Positions 37,875 to 48,136 of a DNA stretch of 64,000 nt are shown here, piece after piece. A program made the translations under genes and the position numbers. Under the pieces are notes generated by a model. It was not told the origin of the DNA. It was given only the letters and a program-made list of their open reading frames with translations, and made no database searches. The DNA is from Gammaproteobacteria bacterium (GTDB taxonomy: Bacteria > Pseudomonadota > Gammaproteobacteria > UBA6186 > Azoamicaceae): positions 15,098 to 79,097 of the forward strand of contig JBGAIP010000004.1 of the NCBI GenBank assembly GCA_044225395.1, in the 5' to 3' direction. The first letter of the stretch is position 1. Every line of letters begins with the position of its first letter.

Positions 37875-38942
37875 TTACACGTGATTTATTTTTGCTGATG
37901 GCTTTGGCCAAGCATTAAGAACAGCTTTTACGAGTGTCGCTAAAGGAATTGCAAAGAAAACACCCCAAAAACCCCAAATGCCCCCAAAAAATAAAGTGGC
38001 AACCACAATGGCAACGGGATGTAAATTAACTGCTTCTGCAAATAATAAGGGAACCAAAATATTAGCGTCTAACCCCTGGACAATAAGGTAGGCGAGCGTA
38101 AAATAACCAATTTGCGAACCCAATCCCCATTGTAAATATGCAACCAATAGAACGGGTATTGTAATAACAATAGCGCCTACATAAGGAATTAAAACAGATA
38201 TACCGACTAAAGCGGCCAATAACACTGCATATTGCAAATTGAAATACCAAAAAACACCATAGGTTGCAACAGCTACTACTAAAATTTCAACGACTTTTCC
38301 ACGAATATAATTACCAATCTGACTGTTTACCTCGGTAGACACTTGGCTTAAAACGCCTCTTTTGTGCGGTAAAAAACCAAGCAACCATTGAATTAATTGA
38401 TCGCGATCTTTTAAGAAGAAGAATACCAATAAGGGAACTAATACTAAGTAGACTATGCCCGTAATAATAGACGCAATAGAAGACCAAGAAATAGACAAAA
38501 CTGTCTTTGCCCACGTATGTACATCGGTTAACAGCTCATTTGAAAAAGTATTAACTTGTTCTTGCGTTATAAATTGCGGAAAACGATCAACCAATTCCAG
38601 CGTTAATTGTTGTCCTCTGGTTAACATATTGGGCAAGTCATTAAACAATGTAATCACTTGCTTCCACAACAAAGGCAACAAAACCAAAAAAGACATTAAC
38701 AGCAATCCTAAAAATCCGGCAAATACTAAAATAACAGCAGGGAGTCTCGGAACCTTCAGTTTTTGCATGCGGGCAATTACCCAATCTAAAAGATAGGCGA
38801 TCACAATACTCGCTAATACGGGCGCCAATATCTCATTCATAAAGATAACCAGACTAAAGCCCAGTATTAATACAATAAATAACAAAACCGCTTCTGGGTC
38901 TGAAAAATACCGATTAAACCATGCGCGTATAATATTGATCAC
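37875..38942 (-). CDS. AI-2E family transporter (PerM/YdiK-like permease)
   Basis: Polytopic membrane protein with the family pattern ..ILAPVLASIVIAYLLDW..GISVLIPYVGA.. Start is uncertain; GTG 38942 was chosen to avoid overlap with the divergent SDR gene. Confidence 0.8.
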   Translation of the reverse strand: MINIIRAWFNRYFSDPEAVLLFIVLILGFSLVIFMNEILAPVLASIVIAYLLDWVIARMQKLKVPRLPAVILVFAGFLGLLLMSFLVLLPLLWKQVITLFNDLPNMLTRGQQLTLELVDRFPQFITQEQVNTFSNELLTDVHTWAKTVLSISWSSIASIITGIVYLVLVPLLVFFFLKDRDQLIQWLLGFLPHKRGVLSQVSTEVNSQIGNYIRGKVVEILVVAVATYGVFWYFNLQYAVLLAALVGISVLIPYVGAIVITIPVLLVAYLQWGLGSQIGYFTLAYLIVQGLDANILVPLLFAEAVNLHPVAIVVATLFFGGIWGFWGVFFAIPLATLVKAVLNAWPKPSAKINHV

Positions 38943-39006
38943 AAACGCCCCTTCATTTTTCCCAAATCTGGTAACCGCTATATATAATAGCGTACAATCC
39001 CCGATC

Positions 39007-39753
39007 ATGATAGACAACCTAATCAAAACGTATACCCCATCAAGCGATTTGCTTAAAAATCGCGTTATTCTTGTTACAGGTGCCTCTCGGGGTATAGGTC
39101 GCTCTGCTGCTAAAACCTTTGCGACTTATGGCGCTACGGTAATTTTACTGGCTCGTACCGTCAAAAAATTAGAAACGCTCTATGATGAGATTGTAGAGGC
39201 AGGACACCCACTGCCCGCAATTTACCCCTTTAATTTGGCAAATGCGACTCCAAAGGACTATGAGGACTTAAGACAAAACATTGAATCGCATTTTGGCAAA
39301 CTGGATGGTCTTTTGCACAATGCAGCAGAACTCGGTACTTTAACACCCATAGAACACTATCCTATTGAACAATGGGCCCATGTGTTGCAGGTAAATTTAA
39401 ACAGCGCATTTTTATTAACCCAAGCTACTTTACCGCTCCTAAAGCGCTCAGAAAATGCCAGTATTGTATTTACAACCGCCGATGAAGGATTAAAAGGTAA
39501 AGCGTATTGGGGTGCGTATGGGGTCAGTAAATTTGCCTTAAATGGTCTGATGCAAACGTTGGCACAAGAATTAGAAACGAACACTAATATACGAGTGAAT
39601 AGCATTAATCCTAACAAAGTTCGTACGACACTCCGAGCGAGTGTCTATCCGGCTGAAAATATAAAAGACTTGCCTTTGCCTGAAGCCATCATGACGCACT
39701 ATCTTTATTTAATGGGGCCCGATAGTGGTGACATTCGAGGACAAATTTTTTAG
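39007..39753 (+). CDS. SDR-family oxidoreductase (YciK-like)
   Basis: VTGASRGIGRSAA is the Rossmann TGxxxGIG motif. The active site is YGVSK. Confidence 0.85.
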   Translation: MIDNLIKTYTPSSDLLKNRVILVTGASRGIGRSAAKTFATYGATVILLARTVKKLETLYDEIVEAGHPLPAIYPFNLANATPKDYEDLRQNIESHFGKLDGLLHNAAELGTLTPIEHYPIEQWAHVLQVNLNSAFLLTQATLPLLKRSENASIVFTTADEGLKGKAYWGAYGVSKFALNGLMQTLAQELETNTNIRVNSINPNKVRTTLRASVYPAENIKDLPLPEAIMTHYLYLMGPDSGDIRGQIF

Positions 39754-42023
39754 TTATCTCTTTGCTTTTTTAATAATGCACCTGCTTCAGTACCAGAAAC
39801 CGGTTTACTTAGAAAAAAGCCTTGAACTTCACTAATAGATAATGCGTTTAAAATATCCAATTGTTCTTGTGTTTCCACGCCTTCTGCTACCACTCTTATA
39901 TTTAACGATTTGGCAATCATTAAAATAGCTTCAACTATTGCCCTGCTATCTTTATTCACACAGAGATCTCGAATAAAAGATTGATCTATTTTAATTTTGT
40001 CGACAGGAAATTGCTTGATATAACTTAAACTGGAATACCCCGTGCCAAAATCATCTATATTAACGTTAATATTCATTGCGTTTAATTTTTGAATTTTCAT
40101 AAATACGCCATTTATGTCTGATAAAATGCTTGATTCTGTTATTTCTAAATCCAAATATTTAGAATCAAGCCCGGTCTCTTCTAACACTTTCTTAACAATT
40201 TCTACCATATCATTTTGGTTAAATTGAAAACCCGACATATTAACTGACATACGAATAGGGGGAAAACCCATATCTTGCCAAGCCTTGGCTTGCGCACAAG
40301 CCGTTTTTAATACCCAATATCCAATGGGTATAATAAGACCTGTGCTCTCGGCTATTGGAATAAAAGTGCTCGGGCCAATTAACCCTAATTTTGGGTGTTT
40401 CCAACGGACCAATGCTTCCATAGAAACAATTGTATTTTTACTGATATTAAATAATGGCTGATAGTCAATGTAGAGTTCATTTTTTTCAATTGCATAACGT
40501 AAATCGTGTTCAAACTCTAAACGTGGCAACCCCAACTGTTCTAATTTTTCTGTATAAAATTCAATGCTACCTTTTCCTCTATTCTTTGCATGGTACATAG
40601 CCATGTCTGCATGCCTCATTAAAATGGATGCATTATCACCATCTTTGGGATACAAGCTAATACCCGTACTTAAGCCAATCGTAAAATGATGGTCTTCAAT
40701 TTGGTAGGGTTCTAGAAAAATTTTGTAAAGACGTTCAATAATAATATTTAACTCTGATGCATTTTTTGTGTTTAGGCTTAATACAATAACAAATTCATCG
40801 CCCCCCAATCGTGCAACTGAGCTTCCATCCACAATTCTCGCAATGGTGTCTGTTTCTCGTAGGCATCTCGTTAAACGTTGCCCAAAAAGCTTCAACAAGA
40901 CATCCCCTGTTTCATGGCCAAAGCTATCGTTCACCAATTTAAATGAGTCTAAATCAAGCAATAACACAGCAACGCTTGTGTTGTTTCGTTTTGCATTGGC
41001 AATAGCACGCTGAATACGATCAACCAATAATGTTCTATTTGGCAACCCTGTTAGAAAATCAAAACTCGCTTGTTTGGCTAATTCAAGTTCTAACCTTTTT
41101 TTCTGGCTAATGTCGCGAAAGCTATATACGATACCGACTTTTTCACTTTTATTGTAATGTGGTTTAAGATACATTTCAACATATTCATTTGTTTTCAATC
41201 TTAACTCACGAAAAGTTTCCCATAACTTTTCATCCTCTATTTGTTCAATACTAAAGGGTATTTTTTCATTTTTCTCAATTTTATCTTCAATAAACTTGAT
41301 AACCTCGCTTACCTTGTGCTGATTTATTAAAAACTCGGGAACCCCCCACATTTTTAAGAAATTTTGATTACAAATTGATATTCCCTGATTTTTATCTATC
41401 ACAACAACCCCATCTGCCGTTGATTCAAGTGTTGCTTTAGTTAAAGAAAATGCATTTTCTAATTCTTCTGTTTTTTTATCAACCATATCATGAAGCTCAT
41501 TCATCTTTAAATTTGCTTGTTTATTTAATACCCATTTTTTTGTGAGTGCTAACGCCATTAATCGCACTTCTACGATATCAAAGGGTTTTTTAAGAATTAA
41601 TAAGCGATCACTATGCCCCAAGCGTTTGAATATATCTTCCCAGGAATAATCTGAATAGGCCGTACAAATAACGGTTTGAATATCGGGATCAATTTTCCAA
41701 ATTTGTTCTATAGTCTCTAACCCATCTAAACCGGGAGGCATCCGCATATCTATAAACGCCAAGGCATAAGGCAACCCTTTTGCAAGAGCGGCGTCCACAT
41801 ATTCTATTCCCTTTTGACCCTGGTTAGCACATTCCACTACAAAAACAGGTCGTTCCGCTTGTTTACTATCTCCTTCAACCGATTTTCCTAAAAATAGATT
41901 TTCTAATTTTTCCATTTCATTTTTGGACTGATCAGCATCTAGTATTAGTGACTTTTTAAAATCTTCATGTATCGCTTCATTATCATCAATAATGAGGATG
42001 CGATTGTTAAACAGTGTATTCAT
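39750..42023 (-). CDS. Response regulator with REC-PAS-GGDEF-EAL domains (bifunctional c-di-GMP enzyme)
   Basis: ILIIDDNEAIHEDF..DMRMPPGLDG (REC), RLGGDEFVIV (GGDEF), EALVRW/DDFGTGYSS/EGVETQEQ/QGFFLSKP (EAL). ATGA overlap with the kinase stop (42020-42023). Confidence 0.9.
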   Translation of the reverse strand: MNTLFNNRILIIDDNEAIHEDFKKSLILDADQSKNEMEKLENLFLGKSVEGDSKQAERPVFVVECANQGQKGIEYVDAALAKGLPYALAFIDMRMPPGLDGLETIEQIWKIDPDIQTVICTAYSDYSWEDIFKRLGHSDRLLILKKPFDIVEVRLMALALTKKWVLNKQANLKMNELHDMVDKKTEELENAFSLTKATLESTADGVVVIDKNQGISICNQNFLKMWGVPEFLINQHKVSEVIKFIEDKIEKNEKIPFSIEQIEDEKLWETFRELRLKTNEYVEMYLKPHYNKSEKVGIVYSFRDISQKKRLELELAKQASFDFLTGLPNRTLLVDRIQRAIANAKRNNTSVAVLLLDLDSFKLVNDSFGHETGDVLLKLFGQRLTRCLRETDTIARIVDGSSVARLGGDEFVIVLSLNTKNASELNIIIERLYKIFLEPYQIEDHHFTIGLSTGISLYPKDGDNASILMRHADMAMYHAKNRGKGSIEFYTEKLEQLGLPRLEFEHDLRYAIEKNELYIDYQPLFNISKNTIVSMEALVRWKHPKLGLIGPSTFIPIAESTGLIIPIGYWVLKTACAQAKAWQDMGFPPIRMSVNMSGFQFNQNDMVEIVKKVLEETGLDSKYLDLEITESSILSDINGVFMKIQKLNAMNINVNIDDFGTGYSSLSYIKQFPVDKIKIDQSFIRDLCVNKDSRAIVEAILMIAKSLNIRVVAEGVETQEQLDILNALSISEVQGFFLSKPVSGTEAGALLKKQRDN

Positions 42024-43456
42024 ACCATATCTTCCTTTCTTCGCTTTGGTTTTTTTGGTAATAACAAGGTAAAAGTACAACCTTTGCCTTCTCCTTCACT
42101 TTCGACTGTTAATAACCCCCCGAGCTCATACGCACAAATTGCACTTGAATGAAGTCCAAACCCATGTCCACTTTTTTTGGTTGTAAACCCATGAGAAAAT
42201 ATCTTCTCTAAATTTTCTTTTCTAACCCCAACGCCATTGTCAATTACTTTAATACAAACAGAGGCCGTATCTTTTTCATCAACCGTAACTTTTATACGCT
42301 TATTTTTATTTTCCACCGTATCTTCCATAACAGCCTCGTAAGCATTTTTTACAAGATTAACTAAAATTTGCAAAAATTTAACCCTATCCGTTATAAAACG
42401 AAGTTGGTCGCTGCATTCAAAAACAAAATTAATATTTCCATTGGCAAAGTTGTCCTTATGCAACTTAATAGATTCTTGTATTATTTCACACGCATGCGTT
42501 TCTTCATAAGTACCGACTGTCCCACTTAATACTTGTTGAGCGCTAATAATATCTTTAATGTTTTTTATGTTGCCATTGATTTCGTTTAACTCCTGAAGAA
42601 ACATAGCTTTCCTTGTTTCCCAAAAATCAGGCAATTTTTCAAGATAGATAACAAGATTTTTACCTATAGAATCTTCTGTAACAAACCTTTCGAAATCTCG
42701 TTGATGTTCTTTTATTAACTTTGAAATTCTCCCTAACCCAGATAATTTTGTTTCATTTAATTTATCCATTAATGCATTGGAGGATACATTAACACTGTTC
42801 ATAATATTGCCAATATTATGCAAAACACTTGTCGCAACTTCAGCCATTCCTGCGCGTCTGGCTGCTATAACCAATTGTTTATTTAAATTTTGTAGATTCT
42901 CATCAGCTTTTTTCTTTGCATCAATACTCACTATCGTGCCACTAAGCCCCACGCACTTTCCTGAGGCATTATCAAATTTAGGTTTTCCTATGCTATGTAC
43001 CCAATGTGGCTGGTTGTCTATTATTATTCTAAAATCATGCTCAAACTCTTTTTCTTGCTCCAACCCCAATTTAATAAAACTTTCATATTGCTTCTTATCT
43101 TCGGGATAGACGTATGAAAATGCCTCATCAAAACTGGGATACCCTAAACTCAAATCTCTGTTAAATATTTTAAATGTCTCTTCTGACCAATATAATAGTT
43201 TTTTATCCTTAGAAAAATACCAACTACCTAATTGAGCAATTTTTTGTGATTCTTGTAGTCGATCAAACAAAGATTTCATTTCTTTAGAGGCAATGTCTTG
43301 GGAACGCTCACCTAAAATACGTTCTCTGTCCGCTTCTTTATAAGATTTATCAACACGCTCCAAAAAACTATGCCAAAAAACAATGTTTTCTGGACAATTC
43401 TCTTCTGATAAAGACAACTTTTTTAATTGTCGCACCAAAAGAGAATGAAGTTCCAT
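42020..43456 (-). CDS. Cytoplasmic PAS-domain sensor histidine kinase with atypical H-box
   Basis: PAS_3-like region (GSWYFSKDKKLLYWSEETFKIF). The H-box reads ATSVLHNIGNIMNSVNVSS rather than classical HE.RTPL. HATPase motifs are NLVKNAYEA, DNGVG and GHGFGL. Confidence 0.88.
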   Translation of the reverse strand: MELHSLLVRQLKKLSLSEENCPENIVFWHSFLERVDKSYKEADRERILGERSQDIASKEMKSLFDRLQESQKIAQLGSWYFSKDKKLLYWSEETFKIFNRDLSLGYPSFDEAFSYVYPEDKKQYESFIKLGLEQEKEFEHDFRIIIDNQPHWVHSIGKPKFDNASGKCVGLSGTIVSIDAKKKADENLQNLNKQLVIAARRAGMAEVATSVLHNIGNIMNSVNVSSNALMDKLNETKLSGLGRISKLIKEHQRDFERFVTEDSIGKNLVIYLEKLPDFWETRKAMFLQELNEINGNIKNIKDIISAQQVLSGTVGTYEETHACEIIQESIKLHKDNFANGNINFVFECSDQLRFITDRVKFLQILVNLVKNAYEAVMEDTVENKNKRIKVTVDEKDTASVCIKVIDNGVGVRKENLEKIFSHGFTTKKSGHGFGLHSSAICAYELGGLLTVESEGEGKGCTFTLLLPKKPKRRKEDMV

Positions 43457-43461
43457 CCGTA

Positions 43462-44592
43462 TTACTCTTCAGAAAAAGTTGTTAAAGTCATCGTCTGATT
43501 ATGCAATTCACAATTGCCGGAAGAAAATGGCGAAATTTCGCCATAGGAATAGAATCCTACTTGTTGGGTACCTTGAGGAAGCGATTCTAAAACGGTTTGT
43601 GTTTCTTCTTCTGTACGCTCACCCATTAACAGTCTTCGCCCAACACAACTAATAGCAACCGACAAAACCGGTGCTGTTGCATTCTTTGCGGCAGAAAGCG
43701 CTGCTTCACCTGCACCAGTCACTAATCTATCAAAATTAGCACGCATTAACTGCGCACGATACCCCTCTGGTACATCTCCAGCAAAAGTTAATGATTGATT
43801 TTTCTCGTCTATCGCCAAAATAGTGCGAACAACTTCACTCGCATTTTTTTTGTCTTCATGAATCATTAATGGAAATAATAATCCACTGGCAGGTAATTCA
43901 GAAGCCCGATCGCCTAAATATTCTTTATACAACTCTAAAGCAGGCCTGCCATCCAGTTCATATAATATGTTTGCCTTTGAGCGTGTAATACGTCGTTCTG
44001 GCCCAAAAGAATCCCAACCCCCTTTGGAACCATGGCCAATCTTAAAGTTTTTACCGTAAAATCCAACCGCCACAATTTTATTTGTATAAAATTTACCACC
44101 TACAATTACCCAGGTTTTTTTAAATCGTTCACCATCCCCCGCTAAACCGCCTGTTATGACAACATCTTTGGGTAGATCTGAATTCATTCCTTTTACCAGT
44201 TCGCTCCCATTAACTTTTAAACCATCCGATAATACAAAAATGCTTTTTAATCCATCCTGCATTAACGTTTTTAATAGGGTTTCACCCGCTTTATGCGATT
44301 CATTGACATCAGAGATTTCAGCCGAAGTAACTTTTATTTTACCAGCATCAAATTTCATGATTGCAACTGATAAACTTTTATCATTAATAGCTGTATCGAA
44401 AATTTCACCTGCACTGGAACAACCTATAATCTTGGATGTAGGAAAAGCCGCAACTAGCTCGTTGATTGGCTCTGGGTGATCGATAAATTCAGGTGCACCA
44501 AATATCAAAACAAGTGTTTGCTCAGAATCTAATTGTGGGAAAGGGTTTGACCACCCTTTGTTTTTTTGAAACATCATGGTTTGTAATTTCAT
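43462..44592 (-). CDS. FIST-domain sensory protein (FIST_N + FIST_C)
   Basis: IIGCSSAGEI.., GFYSYGEISPF...CELHNQTMTLTTFSE are typical of FIST_C. 5 nt upstream of the kinase start. Confidence 0.85.
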   Translation of the reverse strand: MKLQTMMFQKNKGWSNPFPQLDSEQTLVLIFGAPEFIDHPEPINELVAAFPTSKIIGCSSAGEIFDTAINDKSLSVAIMKFDAGKIKVTSAEISDVNESHKAGETLLKTLMQDGLKSIFVLSDGLKVNGSELVKGMNSDLPKDVVITGGLAGDGERFKKTWVIVGGKFYTNKIVAVGFYGKNFKIGHGSKGGWDSFGPERRITRSKANILYELDGRPALELYKEYLGDRASELPASGLLFPLMIHEDKKNASEVVRTILAIDEKNQSLTFAGDVPEGYRAQLMRANFDRLVTGAGEAALSAAKNATAPVLSVAISCVGRRLLMGERTEEETQTVLESLPQGTQQVGFYSYGEISPFSSGNCELHNQTMTLTTFSEE

Positions 44593-44703
44593 AGTCTACC
44601 CCCTAAATTGCCTAAAAAATAATTAGTCGACTAGCTATTCAAGTAGTATAGTCTATATTAAGGCTACATTTTGGGTAGACCAATAATCAAACATAAGTTA
44701 TTT

Positions 44704-45474
44704 TTAGGAGTGTAGGGGCCGGCCCAGTTTCAATCCAACAGAGGTGAGCAATTCGGACACTGCCTTTTTATCCATTTCTTTGCATTGTCCAATTCTGAGA
44801 TATCGTGGCAATGTGACGGCACCAAAACGAACACGAATTAAACGGCTCACTTTTAAATTTTGCGATTCGAATAATCGGCGAACTTCACGATTACGGCCTT
44901 CTCGCAAAATAACATGGTACCAATGATTAACGCCTTCTCCACCTGCGTCTCGAATATCATCGAAACGCGCAGGGCCGTCATCGAGCTTTACACCGCGTTT
45001 TAAACGCTCTTCAGTATTTTGATCCATTCTACCGACAACACGCACGGCGTATTCTCGCTCAATTTCTGAAGAGGGATGCATTAATCTATTGGCTAATTCT
45101 CCATCCGTCGTCGCCAATAAAAGACCTGATGTATTAAAGTCTAAACGACCAATTAAAATCCAGCGCTTTCCGCGAAGTTTTGGAAAAGCATCAAAAACAT
45201 TCGGTCGTGCTTCAGGATCATGTCGACTACACACTTCGCCAGCAGGCTTATGATAAATAATCACTTTTTGCTGGATTTCATCTATACCTTGTAGTCGAAC
45301 AAAGCGACCATCTAATTCAACTTTATCTTCAAGACCCACGCGATCGCCTAAGGTTGCAAGCGCGTGGTTAATTTTAAGACGCCCAGCGACAATCCACTGT
45401 TCAATTTCTCGTCTAGATCCTAAGCCAATACGTGCTAATACTTTTTGTAACTTTTCCTTTTTAGGTTTCAACAT
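44704..45474 (-). CDS. rluB: 23S rRNA pseudouridine(2605) synthase RluB
   Basis: S4 domain LQKVLARIGLGSRREIE. Catalytic GRLDFNTSGLLL. Confidence 0.92.
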   Translation of the reverse strand: MLKPKKEKLQKVLARIGLGSRREIEQWIVAGRLKINHALATLGDRVGLEDKVELDGRFVRLQGIDEIQQKVIIYHKPAGEVCSRHDPEARPNVFDAFPKLRGKRWILIGRLDFNTSGLLLATTDGELANRLMHPSSEIEREYAVRVVGRMDQNTEERLKRGVKLDDGPARFDDIRDAGGEGVNHWYHVILREGRNREVRRLFESQNLKVSRLIRVRFGAVTLPRYLRIGQCKEMDKKAVSELLTSVGLKLGRPLHS

Positions 45475-46096
45475 CTGCCATTTCTACCGTTTCTGCCATT
45501 GCAAGTTGTATTTCTTCTACGCTAGGCTGAAGTGCTTGTTCTAGCAACTCTACATTAGTTGTTTCTAAACTCATAATATCCGGCAACGAAGGCAATGCTT
45601 GCAAATTCTCTAATCCAAAATAATCTAGAAACGCTTTAGTCGTTGCAAACAAGGCAGGTCTACCAGGGACTTCTTTATGCCCGACCATGCGGATCCACTC
45701 GCGATCTTCTAATAATGTTTTAAAGATTGATGTGCTAACAGCAACACCGCGAATATCTTCAATTTCACCACGTGTAATAGGTTGCCGATACGCAATTAAA
45801 GCCAATGTTTCTAATAATGCACGGGAATATTTTTGCGGTTTTTCATCCCATAATTTACTTACCCAAGGCACCCACTTTTGCTTGACTTGCAAACGATACC
45901 CACTGGCCACTTGAATTAATTCTACCCCCCGTGTTTCGCATTCGCTTTGTAGTTCATTTAAGGCTTCTCGTAACACACCAACGGGTGGTCTTTCTTCTTC
46001 CTCAAATAAATTTAATAACTGCTCTTCTGTTAAAGGCTTTGCGGCTGCTAACAAAATAGCCTCTAATAACGCTTTTAAGTTCATTTCTATTGACAT
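45461..46096 (-). CDS. scpB: Segregation and condensation protein B
   Basis: EAILLAA.KPL; TLALIAYRQPITRGEIEDIRGV. Confidence 0.92.
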   Translation of the reverse strand: MSIEMNLKALLEAILLAAAKPLTEEQLLNLFEEEERPPVGVLREALNELQSECETRGVELIQVASGYRLQVKQKWVPWVSKLWDEKPQKYSRALLETLALIAYRQPITRGEIEDIRGVAVSTSIFKTLLEDREWIRMVGHKEVPGRPALFATTKAFLDYFGLENLQALPSLPDIMSLETTNVELLEQALQPSVEEIQLAMAETVEMADVET

Positions 46097-46920
46097 CCGG
46101 CTGCCCTTATATAAATTGGCCCAAACGGTTCACTTTGCACTAATTCAATCATGGATTCTCTCACTAATTCTAGCATCGCGAGAAAAGTGACCACGATTCC
46201 TAAGCGCCCTTCTGATACATCAAAAAAAGCAAAAAAATCAACAAATGCTTCGCCCGTTAAATGCCCTAGTATACGCGACATTCTTTCGCGTACGGTTAAT
46301 ACTTCGCGTTGGATCATATGCATGGTTTGCAAATCCGCACGTCTTAAGACTTCTTTAAAAGACAACAACACTTCTTTTAATTCGACGGATGGATGTGCTT
46401 TGACTAATTCTAATTTGGTAACGTCTGCACTGGCGATGACCCAATCACGTTCCATTCTAGGGATCTGATCTAAATTCTCCGCCGCTGTTTTAAAACGTTC
46501 GTATTCTTGCAGGCGACGGACTAATTCTGCTCGAGGATCAAGATCTTCTCCCGACTCTTCTTGAGGTCGTGGTAATAACATGCGAGATTTAATCTCTGCC
46601 AACAAAGCAGCCATTTCTAAATAATCTGCGGCTAATTCCAATCGAAGGATAGACATGACTTCGACATATTCCATATATTGTCGCGTAATAGACGCAACTG
46701 GGATATTTAATATATCGAGATTATGTTTTTTAATAAGATACAAAAGCAGATCTAAAGGCCCTTCAAATATTTCTAAAACCACCTCCATGGCATCTGGTGG
46801 AATATAGAGATCCATCGGTAAACTTGTAACCGCTTCGCCACGTACAAACCCATAGCAGGTTGCTACATCAGGTGCTAATTCTGGTATTAAAGAAGATTCG
46901 TTCAGAATTTCTTGCATCAT
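46087..46920 (-). CDS. scpA: Segregation and condensation protein A
   Basis: FEGPLDLLLYLIKKHNLDILNIP. Confidence 0.92.
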   Translation of the reverse strand: MMQEILNESSLIPELAPDVATCYGFVRGEAVTSLPMDLYIPPDAMEVVLEIFEGPLDLLLYLIKKHNLDILNIPVASITRQYMEYVEVMSILRLELAADYLEMAALLAEIKSRMLLPRPQEESGEDLDPRAELVRRLQEYERFKTAAENLDQIPRMERDWVIASADVTKLELVKAHPSVELKEVLLSFKEVLRRADLQTMHMIQREVLTVRERMSRILGHLTGEAFVDFFAFFDVSEGRLGIVVTFLAMLELVRESMIELVQSEPFGPIYIRAAGCQ

Positions 46921-47945
46921 ACTTTTAATAATCCCATCACTTCTCGAACTTCAGATAAGGTTTTGCTGGCTGCTTGCCGCGCAACTTTGCTGCCTTCTTT
47001 TACAATATCTTTCACTAAGTCTGGATTTTTTGCGTAAGGTTCTGCGCGCTTAATAATCACGGCCTGTTCTGCTAAGACTGTGTCAATAACAGGCTTTTTG
47101 CACTCTAAACAACCAATGCCCGCACTTCTACAACCTTGCTGTACCCATTCTTGTGTCTCGCGTGTAGAGTAGACTTGATGAAAACGCCAAACAGGACATT
47201 TTTCAGGTTCTCCGGGATCAGAACGCCTAACGCGTGCGGGATCAGTTGGCATTGTTTTAATCTTATGCTCTACCGATTTTGGATCTTCTCTCAACCCAAT
47301 CGTATTATGATAAGACTTAGACATTTTTTGGCCGTCTAAACCCGGCATTTTACTGGCCTCGGTTAATAATGCTTTAGGTTCTGGAAAAAAAGATTGTTGC
47401 AATCTATCTTGATATAAATGATTAAAATGTCTTGCGATTTCTCGGGTTAATTCTATGTGTGAAACCTGATCTTCACCCACAGGCACAAATTCTGGTTTAT
47501 ACATTAAGATATCTGCGCTTTGTAAAACGGGATACCCTAAAAAGCCGTATGTGGCTAAATGCTTTTCTTTGAGTTTACTGCGTAATTCTTTATAACTGGG
47601 CACACGTTCTAACCAGCTTAATGGCGTTAGCATGCCCAACAAGACTTGTAACTCTGCATGTTCTGGTATATGCGATTGCACAAAAAAAGTACAAAGATTG
47701 GGATCAAGGCCTGCCCCTAGCCAATCTACAATCATTTCGGATGTATATTGCGCGATGCGCTCAGGATGTTCGTATTCCGTCGTTAAAGCATGCCAATCAG
47801 CGGCAAAAAAGAAACACTCATATTTTGACTGTATATTTACCCAGTTTTTTAGACAACCCTGATAATTACCTAGATGTAGCTCACCCGTGGTACGGATACC
47901 CGAAACAACCCTCGTACCTTTATCAACTCGGTTACGTGTATTCAT
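46917..47945 (-). CDS. trpS: Tryptophan--tRNA ligase
   Basis: HLGNY (HIGH-type) and KMSKS motifs. 342 aa. Confidence 0.95.
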   Translation of the reverse strand: MNTRNRVDKGTRVVSGIRTTGELHLGNYQGCLKNWVNIQSKYECFFFAADWHALTTEYEHPERIAQYTSEMIVDWLGAGLDPNLCTFFVQSHIPEHAELQVLLGMLTPLSWLERVPSYKELRSKLKEKHLATYGFLGYPVLQSADILMYKPEFVPVGEDQVSHIELTREIARHFNHLYQDRLQQSFFPEPKALLTEASKMPGLDGQKMSKSYHNTIGLREDPKSVEHKIKTMPTDPARVRRSDPGEPEKCPVWRFHQVYSTRETQEWVQQGCRSAGIGCLECKKPVIDTVLAEQAVIIKRAEPYAKNPDLVKDIVKEGSKVARQAASKTLSEVREVMGLLKV

Positions 47946-48136
47946 GTGCCTATTACAAAATAAGAGAAGAATAGTGACACTTTACGAAGATATTGCGTAT
48001 CAAGCAAGTTTAGCTAAAAAAATGTATATGCGGCTGTTTTTATAAACAGCCAATATGGAAGCCGCTTACTATTCAAATACCTCTAAACTTGGTAAACTTA
48101 AACTTATTGATTTTAGCTTAAATTTAGGGACAAACC

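Noticed and set aside
48032-48051. Palindrome ggctgttt-ttat-aaacagcc in the trpS/yciB intergenic region
   Set aside because: The genes diverge here, so it cannot be a terminator. No matching second site or known operator consensus was found, so the evidence for a regulatory call is insufficient.
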